From contig OZ260664.1 in the NCBI GenBank assembly GCA_965285935.1, positions 99,882,001 through 99,946,000 of the forward strand: a DNA stretch of 64,000 bases. The letters are read 5' to 3'. A program made the position numbers and the translations under genes. The notes under the pieces are model-generated. The model did no database searches. It saw nothing but the letters and a program-made list of their open reading frames with translations, and was not told the DNA's origin. Every line of letters begins with the position of its first letter. Positions within the stretch are counted from its first letter, which is position 1. This document shows, one piece after another, positions 38,295 through 51,031 of the stretch. Source of the DNA: Ophelia neglecta (Eukaryota).

Positions 38295-41059
38295 TTACTT
38301 GGCCTTACCCTGAGCGGCCACCTTATCAAGGGCTGCTTTCACCTGGGCCTCATCAGCTAAGTAGTAGTGCTTGATGGGTTTCAAGTCCTTGTCTAGTTCG
38401 TACACCAGGGGGATTCCAGTCGGGATATTGAGAGCCATGATATCGGCGTCAGACATATTGTCTAGGTACTTGACCATGGCGCGCAGGCTGTTTCCGTGGG
38501 CAGCAATCACAACTTTCTCGCCTTTGAGTATGGATGGCACGATGACATCATACCAGAACGGCAGAGCGCGCTCGACGGTGTCTTTCAGGCACTCGGCTCT
38601 GGGAACCAGCTGCTTGTCGACCAAGGCGTACTTGGGGTCGTTGCCGGGCCAGCGTTCATCGCTGGTGTCCACGGCAGGGGGAGGAGTGTCGTAGGAGCGA
38701 CGCCAGATCTTCACCTGTTCCTCTCCGTGCTTGGCAGCTGTCTCAGACTTGTTCAAGCCTTGTAGGGCTCCATACATTCTCTCGTTTATTCTCCAGTGCC
38801 TCACAACAGGGATCCAGTGAAGATCAAGCTCATCCTAACAGCAAGAAAATAATAAATAAACATCATTCTACATTTGAAGTCTTTAAAAAATACGGGGAAA
38901 AATGGGCTGGAGTTGGCCATGAGCCATGCTTTCAAAAATTGGCAAAGTTCAAATAATGTGAAATTAGTCAGGAATGTGACAGTGCATTTCAAAGCAATTA
39001 AATTGACTATGGAATATCACAATATACACCAGACTTTTTATCATTCTGCAGTCAGATACGAGTAACCAAAAACCTACCAAATATGCATTTAATATATATA
39101 CAGTAGTCGGAAATTTGAACCCCCCCCCGCCCCCCTGTATTTTGGTTCGTGGTGTCCTCCCTGCAAAGTAGGGACACTTTGACTTGGATTTAGGGGTGTC
39201 CGTACATTGCAGGATATTCTGTATATACCTGCCACTATTTCATCCAAGACCATGATGAAAAGCATTGACACAGAGTGGATGTTAATCAAAGCTATCAAAG
39301 TAATAATCCAAATTATCAAAATCCGCTTCCTGCTTTAAAATAACCTTTGGATGGGTTGCATTTATCACCTTTATATTTCACCTCATATGCCTATATTTTA
39401 CACAATAATTGAATAATCAATCGGACATTAACAATCCATCGCTGGAATCAGGGATTATCTAGTGACCTTGATTGACATGTCCACCGAGCTGAGGGGTTAG
39501 AATACCCACCTGTACATAGTACAGTGTTTTGATAGCTCTCTTCAGGGTACTGGTGTAGGCAACATCAAAGGTGTACCCCTTCTCCTTCAACATCTTACCA
39601 GCGCTTTTGGCCTCCTTGACACCAAGTTCAGAGAGATCTGCATCATGCCTGCAAAAGATTCCATAGTGGTTTATAACATACTGAAAACAACAAAGCATGC
39701 AATCCAAGTGGAGAAGGATTTAGACATTATTCTGTTTCTTCTTCAAATTTTATACACAAAGTGGGGTAAACAGATATTAAAGAATTAAGGCCCAAAAATC
39801 ATGGTAATGAAAAATCAGGGGAACTTCAGAAAACAGCAACAACTGAATTCTTGTAGGAAATAAATTTATGCAGGACTGAGCATGCTGTGGCATTTTTCCT
39901 AAATGTACCGGTGCCCCTTATTCCCCAAAACCAATAACGTAGATCGATATCCATATGAAGCCAGATGGCAGGTGAGAAACAGGTACTTTGAATATTTTTT
40001 TGTGTCCCTTTGCCTCTTTTGTTGTAATCAATTTGACATTTCATTTACACCTTTATCCTTTTTTTTTCTGAAAGTGTTCTAGAAGATCCAAAGGTGCGAC
40101 TCCCAATCTTAGCTTGGCTAAGAGCTTACCTATTAATAAAATTCTAACACCGGCAACTCTGAATGCCTAAATTTGAGCTGCTCTGCTCTTTGGGAAGGGG
40201 GGTAAGCTCCTAAAACTTAGCCATGGAGGTGCCTCTGGGGTTCTCAAAGCCTGACCTAGCTGTGTTAAGCAGCTACATAACATACAAATCTGATCATTTG
40301 TAGTGTCAGCAGAAGAACAGTAATAAAAAAAATGAAGGGATTGGCAAAAATGGGGACCCCATACACGTAAATCCCAGCTCTGAAAAGCCCACCTTTGCAA
40401 TGTTACAAACAAAGTAGACCCATATGCATATATGTAAATCCCAGCTTTCAATACATTTCTATGTAAGCCGCATTCCCCCCTCCCCCCCCCCTCCCACAGG
40501 AGATCTGCTGTTTCTTACCCGTGTCTACATCCAGCTATTGGCCTACATTCACCTATGGGGCTTACACAGGGCTATATATACATGTACATAGATGCATCAC
40601 TCTTAATGAGTAAAGTCTTATCATTGTGAAAATTGTATTAACCACATACAGTTAATATATTCATTCTATATAAATATATATATGTCTGAAGTAATCCTCT
40701 AAAATAAAAATAAAAATAAAAATATGACAGTCTATCCAAATTGTTAAATGATTTCCACAATAAAGAGTGTATCCGTTGATTTGTTTCAGGGTACAAGAGA
40801 ATCTGGCTAGACTTTGCTACTCTAGAGTGTCAAAATAGATTGTATGCCTGTACTGGTGTACATGTCCACTTCTAAATATAGTAGGTCTATGTTCAGCCGG
40901 TACATAGTACATTTCATGATTACAGAATTGCAGGACACCTTGACATTTCTGTTTTTCAGAAAGATTAACAGTTAAAAATCAGACTTACCATCCACAAAAT
41001 TTGTTTTGCTGGTTCCATGTGCTCTCGCCATGCCTTATCATAACCACTGTATAAACCAT
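38295..41059 (-). CDS. PGAM: 2,3-bisphosphoglycerate-dependent phosphoglycerate mutase (249 aa)
   Basis: Exons 41059-40989, 39648-39510 and 38834-38295 total 750 nt in phase. Motifs: RHGES (phospho-His), [60 protein letters not shown]. Confidence 0.96.
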
Positions 41060-41249
41060 ATTGGAAGTATAATTGGTATATCTTCGAGAGAATACACACC
41101 GAAGACACTGCAGCCGACTGACGAACGTCCTTGTCAAAACGTTGACCTTCACCTTCAAAACGAGAGTATAGAGATGTTTTATAAAACAAATTGGTAAGCG
41201 TTCTTTATTGGTAAAAAAAGCTATATAAAATATGCCAAATTATTTCTGG

Positions 41250-41480
41250 TAACTTACACATATAAATTTTACCTGAATCAGTTGTTCTATGTTTATCAAA
41301 CATCAAAATGTTTACGAGAGTATATACCTGCATTTACCCTCTGTTATCGCCCAGGCTCGTGAGAACTACGTTTTATATTGTTGATTGTTGTTTCTCTCCC
41401 TCTATCTCACCGCCAACGAAACTGACAACATCTCGCACTGTTCTGAGAAGTGAAAGCACCCCGGTAAGGTAACGAAACGA
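41250..41480. promoter_or_regulatory. Probable bidirectional promoter between PGAM and AAR2
   Basis: The genes are head-to-head. Minus-strand donor-like sites lie at ~41255-41330 and a plus-strand donor-like CCG|GTAAGG at ~41463. The AAR2 ATG is preceded by an acceptor (TTCCAG, 43726), so its first exon is upstream. GCTCGTGAGAACTAC motif at 41355-41369. Confidence 0.5.
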
Positions 41481-43404
41481 AAGTTCAGAAACGCTTTTAT
41501 CAGGATATAGTTTTAAAATGAAATTTATGTGCCTAGTAGTACCAAGAGATAAATTATGATAACGAAGTGGTTATACGCACGCCGGGAAACGCACGACCTG
41601 GCGTGCAGTTATACGTTTTCGTGGCATTTCCTTTGGTTGTGGGTGGAGTAAAATTAACTTGTGTTCTTTTTAACGACAGATATGGCAATGTAGTAGGCCA
41701 TCCAAACAAAATAACTGTGAAAATAACCTCGAGCGACTTGGCACCCGCCCAAGTTTACTGGACACCCTCTCACCTTATGGCCATCCCTTAATGATACTAA
41801 TCTAATAGGACCTACAGAAAACAATCCTCCTAAGTCCTAAACTTACAGTACGAATGTCGGCCTACTAATATGTAAAAGATATCGCTTACACAACCTGGGC
41901 GCTGGAATAGTGAAGAAAATTTATTACACACATGCTGGCGCAGCTGGTGTGGGTATAGTAGAGAAAAAGTACTATCATTATCACTTACGATGGCATTACC
42001 TGTAGCACGGTGTTGGATCAGCTGGGCGTCTGAGCGACGAAAAAGCACGTTTGAGCATCTATGTGAGTAGGCTAATACGAACGAGCGATAAACAAGCGCA
42101 TAATCAGCGACATTCAGCACAGGCTCCCATACGTTTTACGCCATAGAGAGGAAAGATGAGCGAGTAAGATTATATTTTCTTGTGCATTCGGCGCAGGAAG
42201 TATTTATATCCACTAACAAATTTCAAATTAAAAGGTTTTCTGAAGATAATTTCTGTATGTGCCTGTCAAATGCATCGTGCATGCGGCGGGCTTCTCACGA
42301 GAGCGTACATGTTGACGCTGTGTTATCATTATATGTCGTTTGTCTTTCGAATTTACATGGCCTTTTGGCCTGATTTAGTAGGATAAAACATTCCTGGGCG
42401 AATCCCCTCCTGAGAAAAATTTCTCTCCTTAAATAATTTATAACTGTTATCAACAACATAAACATTACGTCAAGCCGACTCGTATAGCTATATTATCGAT
42501 GTGTTCTAAACCTAAACTATCACGACCTTTTATGATATTAACTATGCATGTGCACCATACGGCACCATACTGAATCGCGCCTTTTCACGCCAGACGCACA
42601 TGCACATGAGCCCGTATGCTGTTTAAAAGAGGTTTGAAATATTAAGTTAATTTGAATTTCCTGTAATATTCCCCTTTTGTAATAATCTACGCATCAATTT
42701 TCCCCTCCTGATGAGCTATGGGCCCCTTCCCCCTCCTTTGAAAAAAAGCTCTGGTATGTCTTCAACTTCTACTTCAAGTTGATAGTCAGCCCAGGTGTTC
42801 TATCTTGTCAGAGATTTTCATAGATTGTTGTTATAATCAATGGATATTATTATCAGTTACTTGTGCATACCAGTAGGCTAACTCAATTTAACATGGATTG
42901 TAAAATAGGCTAGCTTAACTGCTGACTAGTGAAGTCAGAGCAGGGCTATTGAACAAATATTATCATCATATGCCCTGCTGGCCTGAATATATAGGGTTGA
43001 TTAATAACATTAAGACAAGTAGCAAAATTATTATAATAATTATTTTGATTACTATTGACAATTATAACCCTTAGAAATGACTGAATCTCAGGTATTAACT
43101 CCGTACTTATCTATAAAATGCATATATTTTTTAGTTGTTAAAAATTGCGACTTAAATATTGTGTAGCGTAACAAAGCATTTGTAGCCAGGTGTCATTTTG
43201 AAGTTTTACTAATTATGAAATAAGCTGGATGAACCTGGAGAAAAATGAGGTGAACATGGGGAGAAAACTTGGACATTTTTTTGCTGGGAGATACTTTTAA
43301 AAACTTAGAGACTCCTGGAAAAACCAAGAGACTTGAGAGCCCGGTGAGGTGTTGACTCTTCATCGTACTGTAGAAGGCTACATCCCCATGGTCTACAGTA
43401 GGGG

Positions 43405-43575
43405 TCTAAGGCCAAGGGTAAACAGTTGGGGTCAAAGTCATACTAGCAGGGAAACAGTAGGTATCAAAGGCATGGCAAGGGGCTCAAGGTGTTTAAGGCC
43501 AAGGGGAAACAGTAGGTGTCAAAGGCAAGGCAGGGGAAAAGTGTCAAAGGCCAAGGGGAAACAGTAGGTGTCAAC
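43405..43575. repeat. Degenerate minisatellite, ~26-bp unit
   Basis: AAGGCCAAGGGGAAACAGTAGGTGTC-like units repeated ~6 times. Confidence 0.75.
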
Positions 43576-43728
43576 AACATGTATTGGCTGAGACATTAGC
43601 GGAGTTGAAACCACAACTCACGATCTTCATCTTTTTCTTCAAGGTGGGGCTACAAAATGTCCAAACAAAATTTTCCTTCTAATTATTTCAATTATTAACC
43701 TTAAATTGCCACATGTGGTATTCCAGAT

Positions 43729-46700
43729 ATGGCAACTTCAAGGGTTGAAGTAGTCACCCAGGACCCTACTAAAATGGATCAAGACATGGCTCAGCATTTA
43801 TTCAAAGAGGGCGCCACTTTTGTGTTCCTTGATGTTCCCATAGGAACAGAGTTTGGCATTGACTGTAACACTTGGGAAGTCGGACCCGAGTTCAAAGGAG
43901 TAAAAATGATCCCCCCTGGTGTCCATTTTGTTTATTACAGGTGGGTATTATTAGCAATTTTCTCTGCATGGTGGCAGCAGGGGTTACGTTACTGGGTATA
44001 TGTTGCTCATTAGTAAGATTAGGCCTACTATACATAGCTACCAATCACCAATGATATTTTAATGGCCCTGTATGATACATATGAGGAATCAAGTAAAATT
44101 GCAGCAAATCTGCAAGCAGTATAAGTCAGTAAGTCTCTCAAGGCAAAATAATTTTAAATGACCATGTACTTATCCAAACAGGCATTATGAGAGAACTAGG
44201 CACATGCATGTCCATTTAGTAAGCAAATCTGCTTTTTCTGTAACAATTACATGAAGTGTATAAAAAGGTGTATCCAAGGTGCCGAGCTCCAGCCTTGGGC
44301 TCTAAAAATGTTAAAACTAGTTTAATGTTGGCTCTTATTACGGCCATGTACCATACATACACCAGAAAATATAAATGTTTATGTCTCTAGAATTGGTTTG
44401 ACTTAATTTGACAAACAGAAACAATTGACCAAAGTGCGAAACTTTAATGAATTCATGACTCTATTTAATAATTAATTCATTTATGATGTAATAGCTGTTG
44501 CCTGCCTTGTCCCAAGGCTATTCTTTTAGTTTGATCAGGTGCAAACTGGCAAATTTTTCCTTTCCCCATTGATAGCATTGCTGCTTTTTGAAGCTCCATT
44601 CCAGGCTTTTAAAGTATTACTGTTTTTTTTGGTCTTTTTAAGCACTTAAGTGTATGCCAAATACAGCTTAGTCAAATATTAACTCAACCCTTTTCCTCCT
44701 GAAACTTAAATACATTTTTTGTGTACTAGTACATGTGCTTAAAAATAGTGTGTGTACATGTACTCAGGTACTGATATCAGTGATTGAGATAGAGAAGTGT
44801 GTACCAAACATACAATCATGGATGGAGGTGAACATGCTTAAGCTAAACCAAGACAAAACTGAAATTATGTTTTTCTGTTCGAGGCAGAATAAGGTCATTC
44901 CAGAAGGCTTGACCTTTACTCTAGGAGGCTGCAAACTCTGTCAAAAACTTAGGTTGCTTGTGGGATCGATCACTCACAATGGAGAACGATGTGCGGGCAA
45001 AAATAAAATCATGTTTCTGTCAGCTCAGGCACATTAGCCGTCTCCGGTGGTACATGTCAGAGGACGTGTCTAAAATGCTGGTGCAAGCCCTGGTAGTATC
45101 AAGACTGGACTACGGAAATGTTTTATTAACGGGGCTATCCAAATGTCTTCTCCAGAAAATTCAGCGTGTCATAAACTTTGCAGCATGTCTGATAACTTTC
45201 ACACCTCAACGGCAGCATATCACACCTGTATTCAAACAGCTTCACTGGCTGCCGGTCAACCGCCGCATAGAATACAAGGCTCTCCTGATGACTTACAAAG
45301 CACTCACTGGTCTGGCTCCTAGGTATATTCTTGATCTCCTTGATGTGTACCAGCCGCCTCGCCCTTTACGATCAAGTAGTAAATTGATACTTACGGTTCC
45401 TCACATGAGAACCGAAACTTAAAGGCGGCGCTGTTTCTGATATATTGCTCCATGCCTTTGGAACAAGCTGCCGGAGGATATCAAAACTGCCAAAACAATT
45501 ATGTCTTTTAAGAAGCAATAAAAAACACATCCGTCCTAATTAGAATACATCTAGTGCCATATTCTTAAAAATTTCTTTCTTTTTGTCTTATATTTTAAGT
45601 TTGTAACTTTTAACAAGGACCAATTTTAGCTTAATCTAGTTACTACTTTAATCTGAGTTGCTTGTAATAAAACTGTTAGATGCTTTTTATTTTGTAAAGC
45701 GCTTAGAGCTATGTATAGGCGCTATAGAAATCAATGTATAATAATATTATCACAGGTAGAACTGGGACTGGCTGCTACATTACACAAGCCAATAAGTGTA
45801 TTGAGAATTCTCTAATTGCACTTTGTGAGTTGAATTTGAATACCTATGGCTCCAGAGTAAGTCCATCTGAGACTTATGTTGGTATAGTGCTATCCTGTTG
45901 ATCACTTTGAAAACATAATTGCATTACCTTAGTTGACTTAACTAGCAATCACTACATGTAGTCCAAAGTGAGTACATTTGGCTGACACTGGAGTATATCT
46001 TACAATGAAGCTGTTAATTACATCTCTAGCCAATGCCAAATTCTCTTGACTGCCCTTTAATCTAACACATGAGCAGATCACGAGATCTGCTAAGTAAGAT
46101 GTGTTTGGTGAGCAGATCATTTGATTTTCTCATGAATTTGCTCACTGCCACTTTATAAGAAGTGTCTAGTTTGCCAGATGGCGTTAAGGCCGGTTCACAC
46201 TGCCCAAAAGTCGCGTAAAAGCATGAATCACGCACAAATTTCGAGTCTTACGCGATACCTCCGCGATACATCCGTGATTTGCGCATTTCATCAGTTTTTC
46301 TGACGTGGAGCCTCCGTGGTTGTCCGTCGATGTTTGCGGGATCGGTGCTTTACGCGATTCCAAGTTTTGAACAGCTCAAAACTCGTTTTCACGTAAGAGT
46401 TTTCGCAGTATTGCGCTGTTTTACGTTATTTTTGCATAGTTTGCATAGCTCTTGCGCGGACAATGCGTAAAATATGCGTGGAATATCAGTGATCGTTCGC
46501 GAAACTGTTGCCGCAATCGCGTTCGTCGACGACTTTCCACTGACGATTAGCAGACATATTGCGCAAGTCTCGCGCCTGTAACACGTACGTTTCACTAAAA
46601 ATCACCGAAGAAATTAACTTATACGCAGTTCAGTAGTGATAGTACGCAGATTATGCGTGGTTTTCCGTGAATCTTACGTGGCACACAACCACGTATTCGC

Positions 46701-49257
46701 CCTGTTTGGGGCCTTTGCGTGCCTATGCGCTGACGTGCGTGGTTTGTTAGTAATTTTTGCGTGATCCTTCCGTAGTTCTGGCGCAATTCATCGGTGATAT
46801 ATCATCGCGTACATCAGCGAAAATGATCAAATTCTCGACGGACAAGCACGCACAACCAAATGTTTATGCGTGATTCATGCGTTTACGCGACTTTTGGGCA
46901 GCGTGATCCGGCCTTTAGCTGATAATAAAAGTAAATAATAAATATGTAGATTGTGACTGTAGTGTTGTTGTGACTCACTTCATTGACTTTAATCATAATC
47001 CTTAAAACTCACGTCATGAGTATAGAAGAACTCGTACTCGAGTACATCCAGGATATCTTGTACTCGTACTTGTGTGATTGGCCAGTACTTGTACTCAAGT
47101 ACATGAGCCCTGTACTCACCCCAACCCTGGACCATCACTATACAGGGTGGATAGTGTTAAAAAAAAACTACCACAATAGTACATAGAGGACATGTGTACT
47201 TTTAACAGAAAGATTGGCCAGCCTAGCCAGTGCAGCGTCTCGTCTTTCCTTTCCGTTCATTAAGATGTCATCACTAAAGCTGTTGTCTTCTTTCTTTCCT
47301 TTTACAGAACTTGTTGCAATTATTTCATTTTTTTTCAGCAGAGTCAAGATATGTTTTTGTTATATTTGTCAAAGATGAACAAAAGAATGACCTGTGTCTT
47401 ATCCTGCTTACAAATGATATCAAACTTGTGATTGTTGTGTTGCAGTGCTGTAGGTAGAATTGATCACCAGGTGGCACCCAGAACAGGCTTTTTCTACAAC
47501 TTCAGACAGCGAGAAGTTGTCCTTAAGCGTTGGGATAAGCACACCGAAGGTATGTTTTGGTATTGATACCAATTGGGAAAAATCATAGCTCAGTGATAGT
47601 GTACAGGAATAAGACATAAAGGAAAACTAGATCATAGATTCACTGATAAATTTTATCTATACTTTCCCAGTCAGGGGTAAATCTTTAAATCAGCGATTGG
47701 GGTGGGAAAGGAGGGTTGTATATGTGGAAAAATTAAGCATTTATTGAAGAATTAAGTTGTATCTGTTTTAATACTAATATCTCCGGAATGTTCACACATA
47801 TGGGAAACTATTTAACTCTTCAGATATTAGAGATGAAGTAGTCAATGCTGAGGAGCTGGAGAGACTAGAATCTAATAAACAAGAATTGGACAGGAATCTC
47901 GGAGTGTACCCCTATGAAACGTAAGTAATCAGACCTGAGACATAAGTCATCTAGTAAACAAGAACTGGCCAGGAATCTTGGAGCATACCCCTATGTGATG
48001 TAAGTAACCTAATGAACTTGAACTGGCCAGGAATCTTGGAGCATGAACTGGCCAGGAATCTTGGAGTGTACCCCGATTAGACGCAAGTCATTTAATAAAC
48101 AAGAACTGGCAAGGAATTTAGGAGTGGACCCTTATGAGACATTAGCAATGTATACTTCAGTCTTGAAACTAAAGAATATGTTTTCAATTCACTCCCAAAG
48201 GCCTAGAAAAAAGGGATTAAAGATTCTGCTAAAGGTGCCCCTTACTTTTCTGCCTATGCCTCAATAGATTTAGCCATGTAGTTCTCCCTATTGTAGTCTG
48301 ATTCACAATAATTACCTTTCTTGATTTTGATATATTATTTTATTTATTACATTATCAGTTGATATGTAAACCAAAAATGTAGTCATTATAAATGTCAGAT
48401 TACCTTGTACTCAGTTTGTGAATATTGCAATGTTTTCAGAACTGACTGTAGCATTATTTTGGTAGTAAATCTATCTACAATTTTCCTTCAAATTCAGCTA
48501 TAAGAAATGGATGTCCCTAACCAGTCATGTGACTGAGGCGTTATCACATCGCCTGCAGCCTGTGACTGGAAAGATCTACGCAGTTACTCAGCTAGTCTCT
48601 GAACGCAGCACCACCCAATCACGGAGGGAAGAGGCAGACAGACAAAAACACAAAATGGAGACCGATTCAGCAGATTCTGATAAAATGAATTTTAATTCTG
48701 ACAACAGATTGCCAGAATTAAAGACAGTTGAAGGGACTGAGGTAAGATTCACCACAATTCCTCGCAAGAAGTACCCGGACGGCGCATCGCCTGCTGACAT
48801 CACCAAATACAGTATAGATCACAGTTATGTTCTTCAGACCCTTCTAGACACTGTATATAAAGATGACTATAACCAGATTCTCGGGGAACTTCAGTTTGCC
48901 TTTGTGTGCTTCCTCTTTGGACAAGTTTACGATGGATTCAACCAGTGGAAGCAGCTGGTAGCTTTGTTGTGTTCATCCGAAGAAGCGATGGCCAAACATG
49001 AGGATCTATACAACAACTTCATATCAATGATGCACTACCATATTCGGGAGATTCCCGAGGATTTTTTCGTAGACATTGTATCACGGAACAATTTTTTGGT
49101 GGACGTTTTGCATGGATTTTTTGAAAATTTGCTTAACAGTGAAGTAAGTGGCAGCCTCAAAAGAAGAGGTATTAAATTCAGGGAACATTTGGAGAAGAAG
49201 TTCAAATGGGACTTCACTTCTGAACTTGAAGAATATGCACCTACAGTTGTGGAGTAA
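43729..49257 (+). CDS. AAR2: Protein AAR2 homolog, U5 snRNP assembly factor (390 aa)
   Basis: Exons 43729-43940, 47446-47549, 47824-47920 and 48498-49257 total 1173 nt in phase. Motifs: [103 protein letters not shown]. Confidence 0.95.
44770..45750 (+). mobile_element. 5'-truncated, decayed L2/CR1-group LINE in an AAR2 intron
   Basis: [13 protein letters not shown], then a frameshift, then [43 protein letters not shown], with premature stops. 3' end TGTAAAGCGCTTAGAGC...GCGCTATAGAAAT and a TAA-rich tail. Confidence 0.9.
46187..46914. mobile_element. PIF/Harbinger-type non-autonomous element, CpG-rich
   Basis: ~50-bp TIRs AGGCCGGTTCACACTGCCCAAAAGTCGCGTAAA.GCATGAATCACGCA and its reverse complement at 46864-46914. 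TTA TSD at 46184-46186 and 46915-46917. Confidence 0.88.
47020..47130. mobile_element. hAT-like terminal fragment with GTACTC repeats
   Basis: Repeated GTACTC/GAGTAC, ending in GTACTCACCCCAACCCTG. Confidence 0.45.
47870..48141 (+). repeat. Tandem array derived from the 3' end and donor of AAR2 coding exon 3
   Basis: GAA(T/C)TGG(A/C)CAGGAATCT(C/T)GGAG occurs five times. Real donor at 47921; copies end in GTAAGT (48000), GCAAGT (48083) and ATTAGC (48141). Confidence 0.9.
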
Positions 49258-51031
49258 ATTTCCACTGATGAAAGACAGATTTAGACAATTTGGCTAATCA
49301 AGCTGTACTACAAGAATGAAATAAAGTAAAAGAAAAGTATTTGCTAAAACATGATCATTGTTTGGCCTAACTTTGAGTTGGGCTGTTATTTAAAGATTTA
49401 AATTACAGATAATTTAATAATACGTATTTGATTTAGCTCCACTGTTGGTGACATCAGTTGTTTATGATTTTACCAATAAACAGGGTTAAGATCAAAGATA
49501 TCAAATGTTCTAAACATTAATGGAATGTCATATTAATAGAATCACTCATTGCACGGCACTTTATTGCCCCTAGTACCGGTCAAAATTGACCCAATTTTCA
49601 ATTCCAATGTAACCTCATTGTCAAGGTCAAAGTTCATGCAATTCTGTACACGTCTGCATTATGGTTTTATAAGAAGGATACCAAATACATAATCACTAGT
49701 TTTCATGTAAGAAATCAATCTTTTTAATCATAAATGACCTTAACCACATTTTTAATGTCATATACAACCATTAGTTTTGGCAAGCCTTTTATTTTGCAAA
49801 TTTGGCAAGCAGGGTCAAACTCGCAAAATTAAATGGCTCCTGAAAGTGGTGGATGGAAATTTTTTAAGAAAAAATATATAGTGAAATATGACAACAAAAA
49901 GGGCAGAAATTAAGTCAATTTATTAATGTCTTACATTGTATTAAAATATTTCAAAGTTGCATATTAAAAAGCCAAATTGATTTCACAGTGTTACATTTGA
50001 TACATACATGATCCAAGTATGATCGGAGGCAATATGACATCAGGGACTCTACGTTTATAGTTAAAGCATTATACATTAGCAAGTGTATGAGTAGAAGCCT
50101 TTTATTTTCTCCACAATAGATTGATCCAATGAAAGGTCCAGCATCTCTGGGTGACTGATTACCGTAATGGTCAAAACTAAAATGGTTTATACAGGATTGA
50201 ATTTCACATGAAACTGATACGAACTTAAAACTCTCAAATATTATATTCGCATATATAAAGTATATAGGGCCTACATATGCCTATCAATGAAATCTAAAAC
50301 CTGCCCAAGTGTCATTTTTTGGCATTAATTTGAATTTAATTATATGCAAACATTTCAATCCTTTCAGTATAGTTCTTCATAGAGAACTACGGACTAATAT
50401 ACTTCTTGAAACAAGGAAAAAAATCCATGCATCGCTTTGCCGAAAATATTGTTTAAAAATTCTGTGCTATTCCATTTGAAAATATTTAAGTTATTCTTTA
50501 ACTGAATGACTCTATGTGCTGTGGGGGGGGGGGGGCAGGGACGGGGGGAAGCTGCTTCACCCCTTTCTTCCAAACATATGCAGACACACCGTTTTATGAA
50601 AGAATAGCAGTATAACCATAGATGTAGCCCTTAAAATATATATTTCATTCTTACTTATCTGTTTCAATTAGATATATATCCTTTACATATTAATTTTACA
50701 GCTGATATCACAGACAATGCTCAATAAATACTCACATTAAGATAATAAATTAACATTTGACCTCCTCTATGTAAATTTAAATGTTCATCAGAGTTGTTCC
50801 AATTCATCTGGAATGTTCCATTCACTTCACAAGGGGGGGGGGGGGGCAGGCAATAGCAAGGTTCATCAGGACTCTTGTTTTATAATTTTTACCAGAGAGG
50901 GGGCAGGGGTTAAAGTAGTGGTCATACTTCAATAAATTTTAACTTGATTACCGAACAACTTGGAGGTTGTTGCTCCTAAGAAATAATGGGGATTTGTATC
51001 GAGCATAATTATTGGAAAAGCTTTGTTTTAA

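Noticed and set aside
38765-38800. PGAM NERMYG instead of NERHYG, suggesting an inactive enzyme
   Set aside because: The catalytic RHG His, the Glu and the AHGNS His are intact. I recall the Met variant from other invertebrate dPGMs (not verified here).
41567-42386. Several 60-96 aa ORFs between PGAM and AAR2
   Set aside because: No recognisable motifs; consistent with chance ORFs in a CpG-richer promoter or first-intron region.
1380-49257. Functional metabolic cluster (NADSYN1 + PGAM + glutamate-receptor-like gene)
   Set aside because: No shared pathway or co-regulation evidence in the sequence; ordinary eukaryotic neighbourhood.
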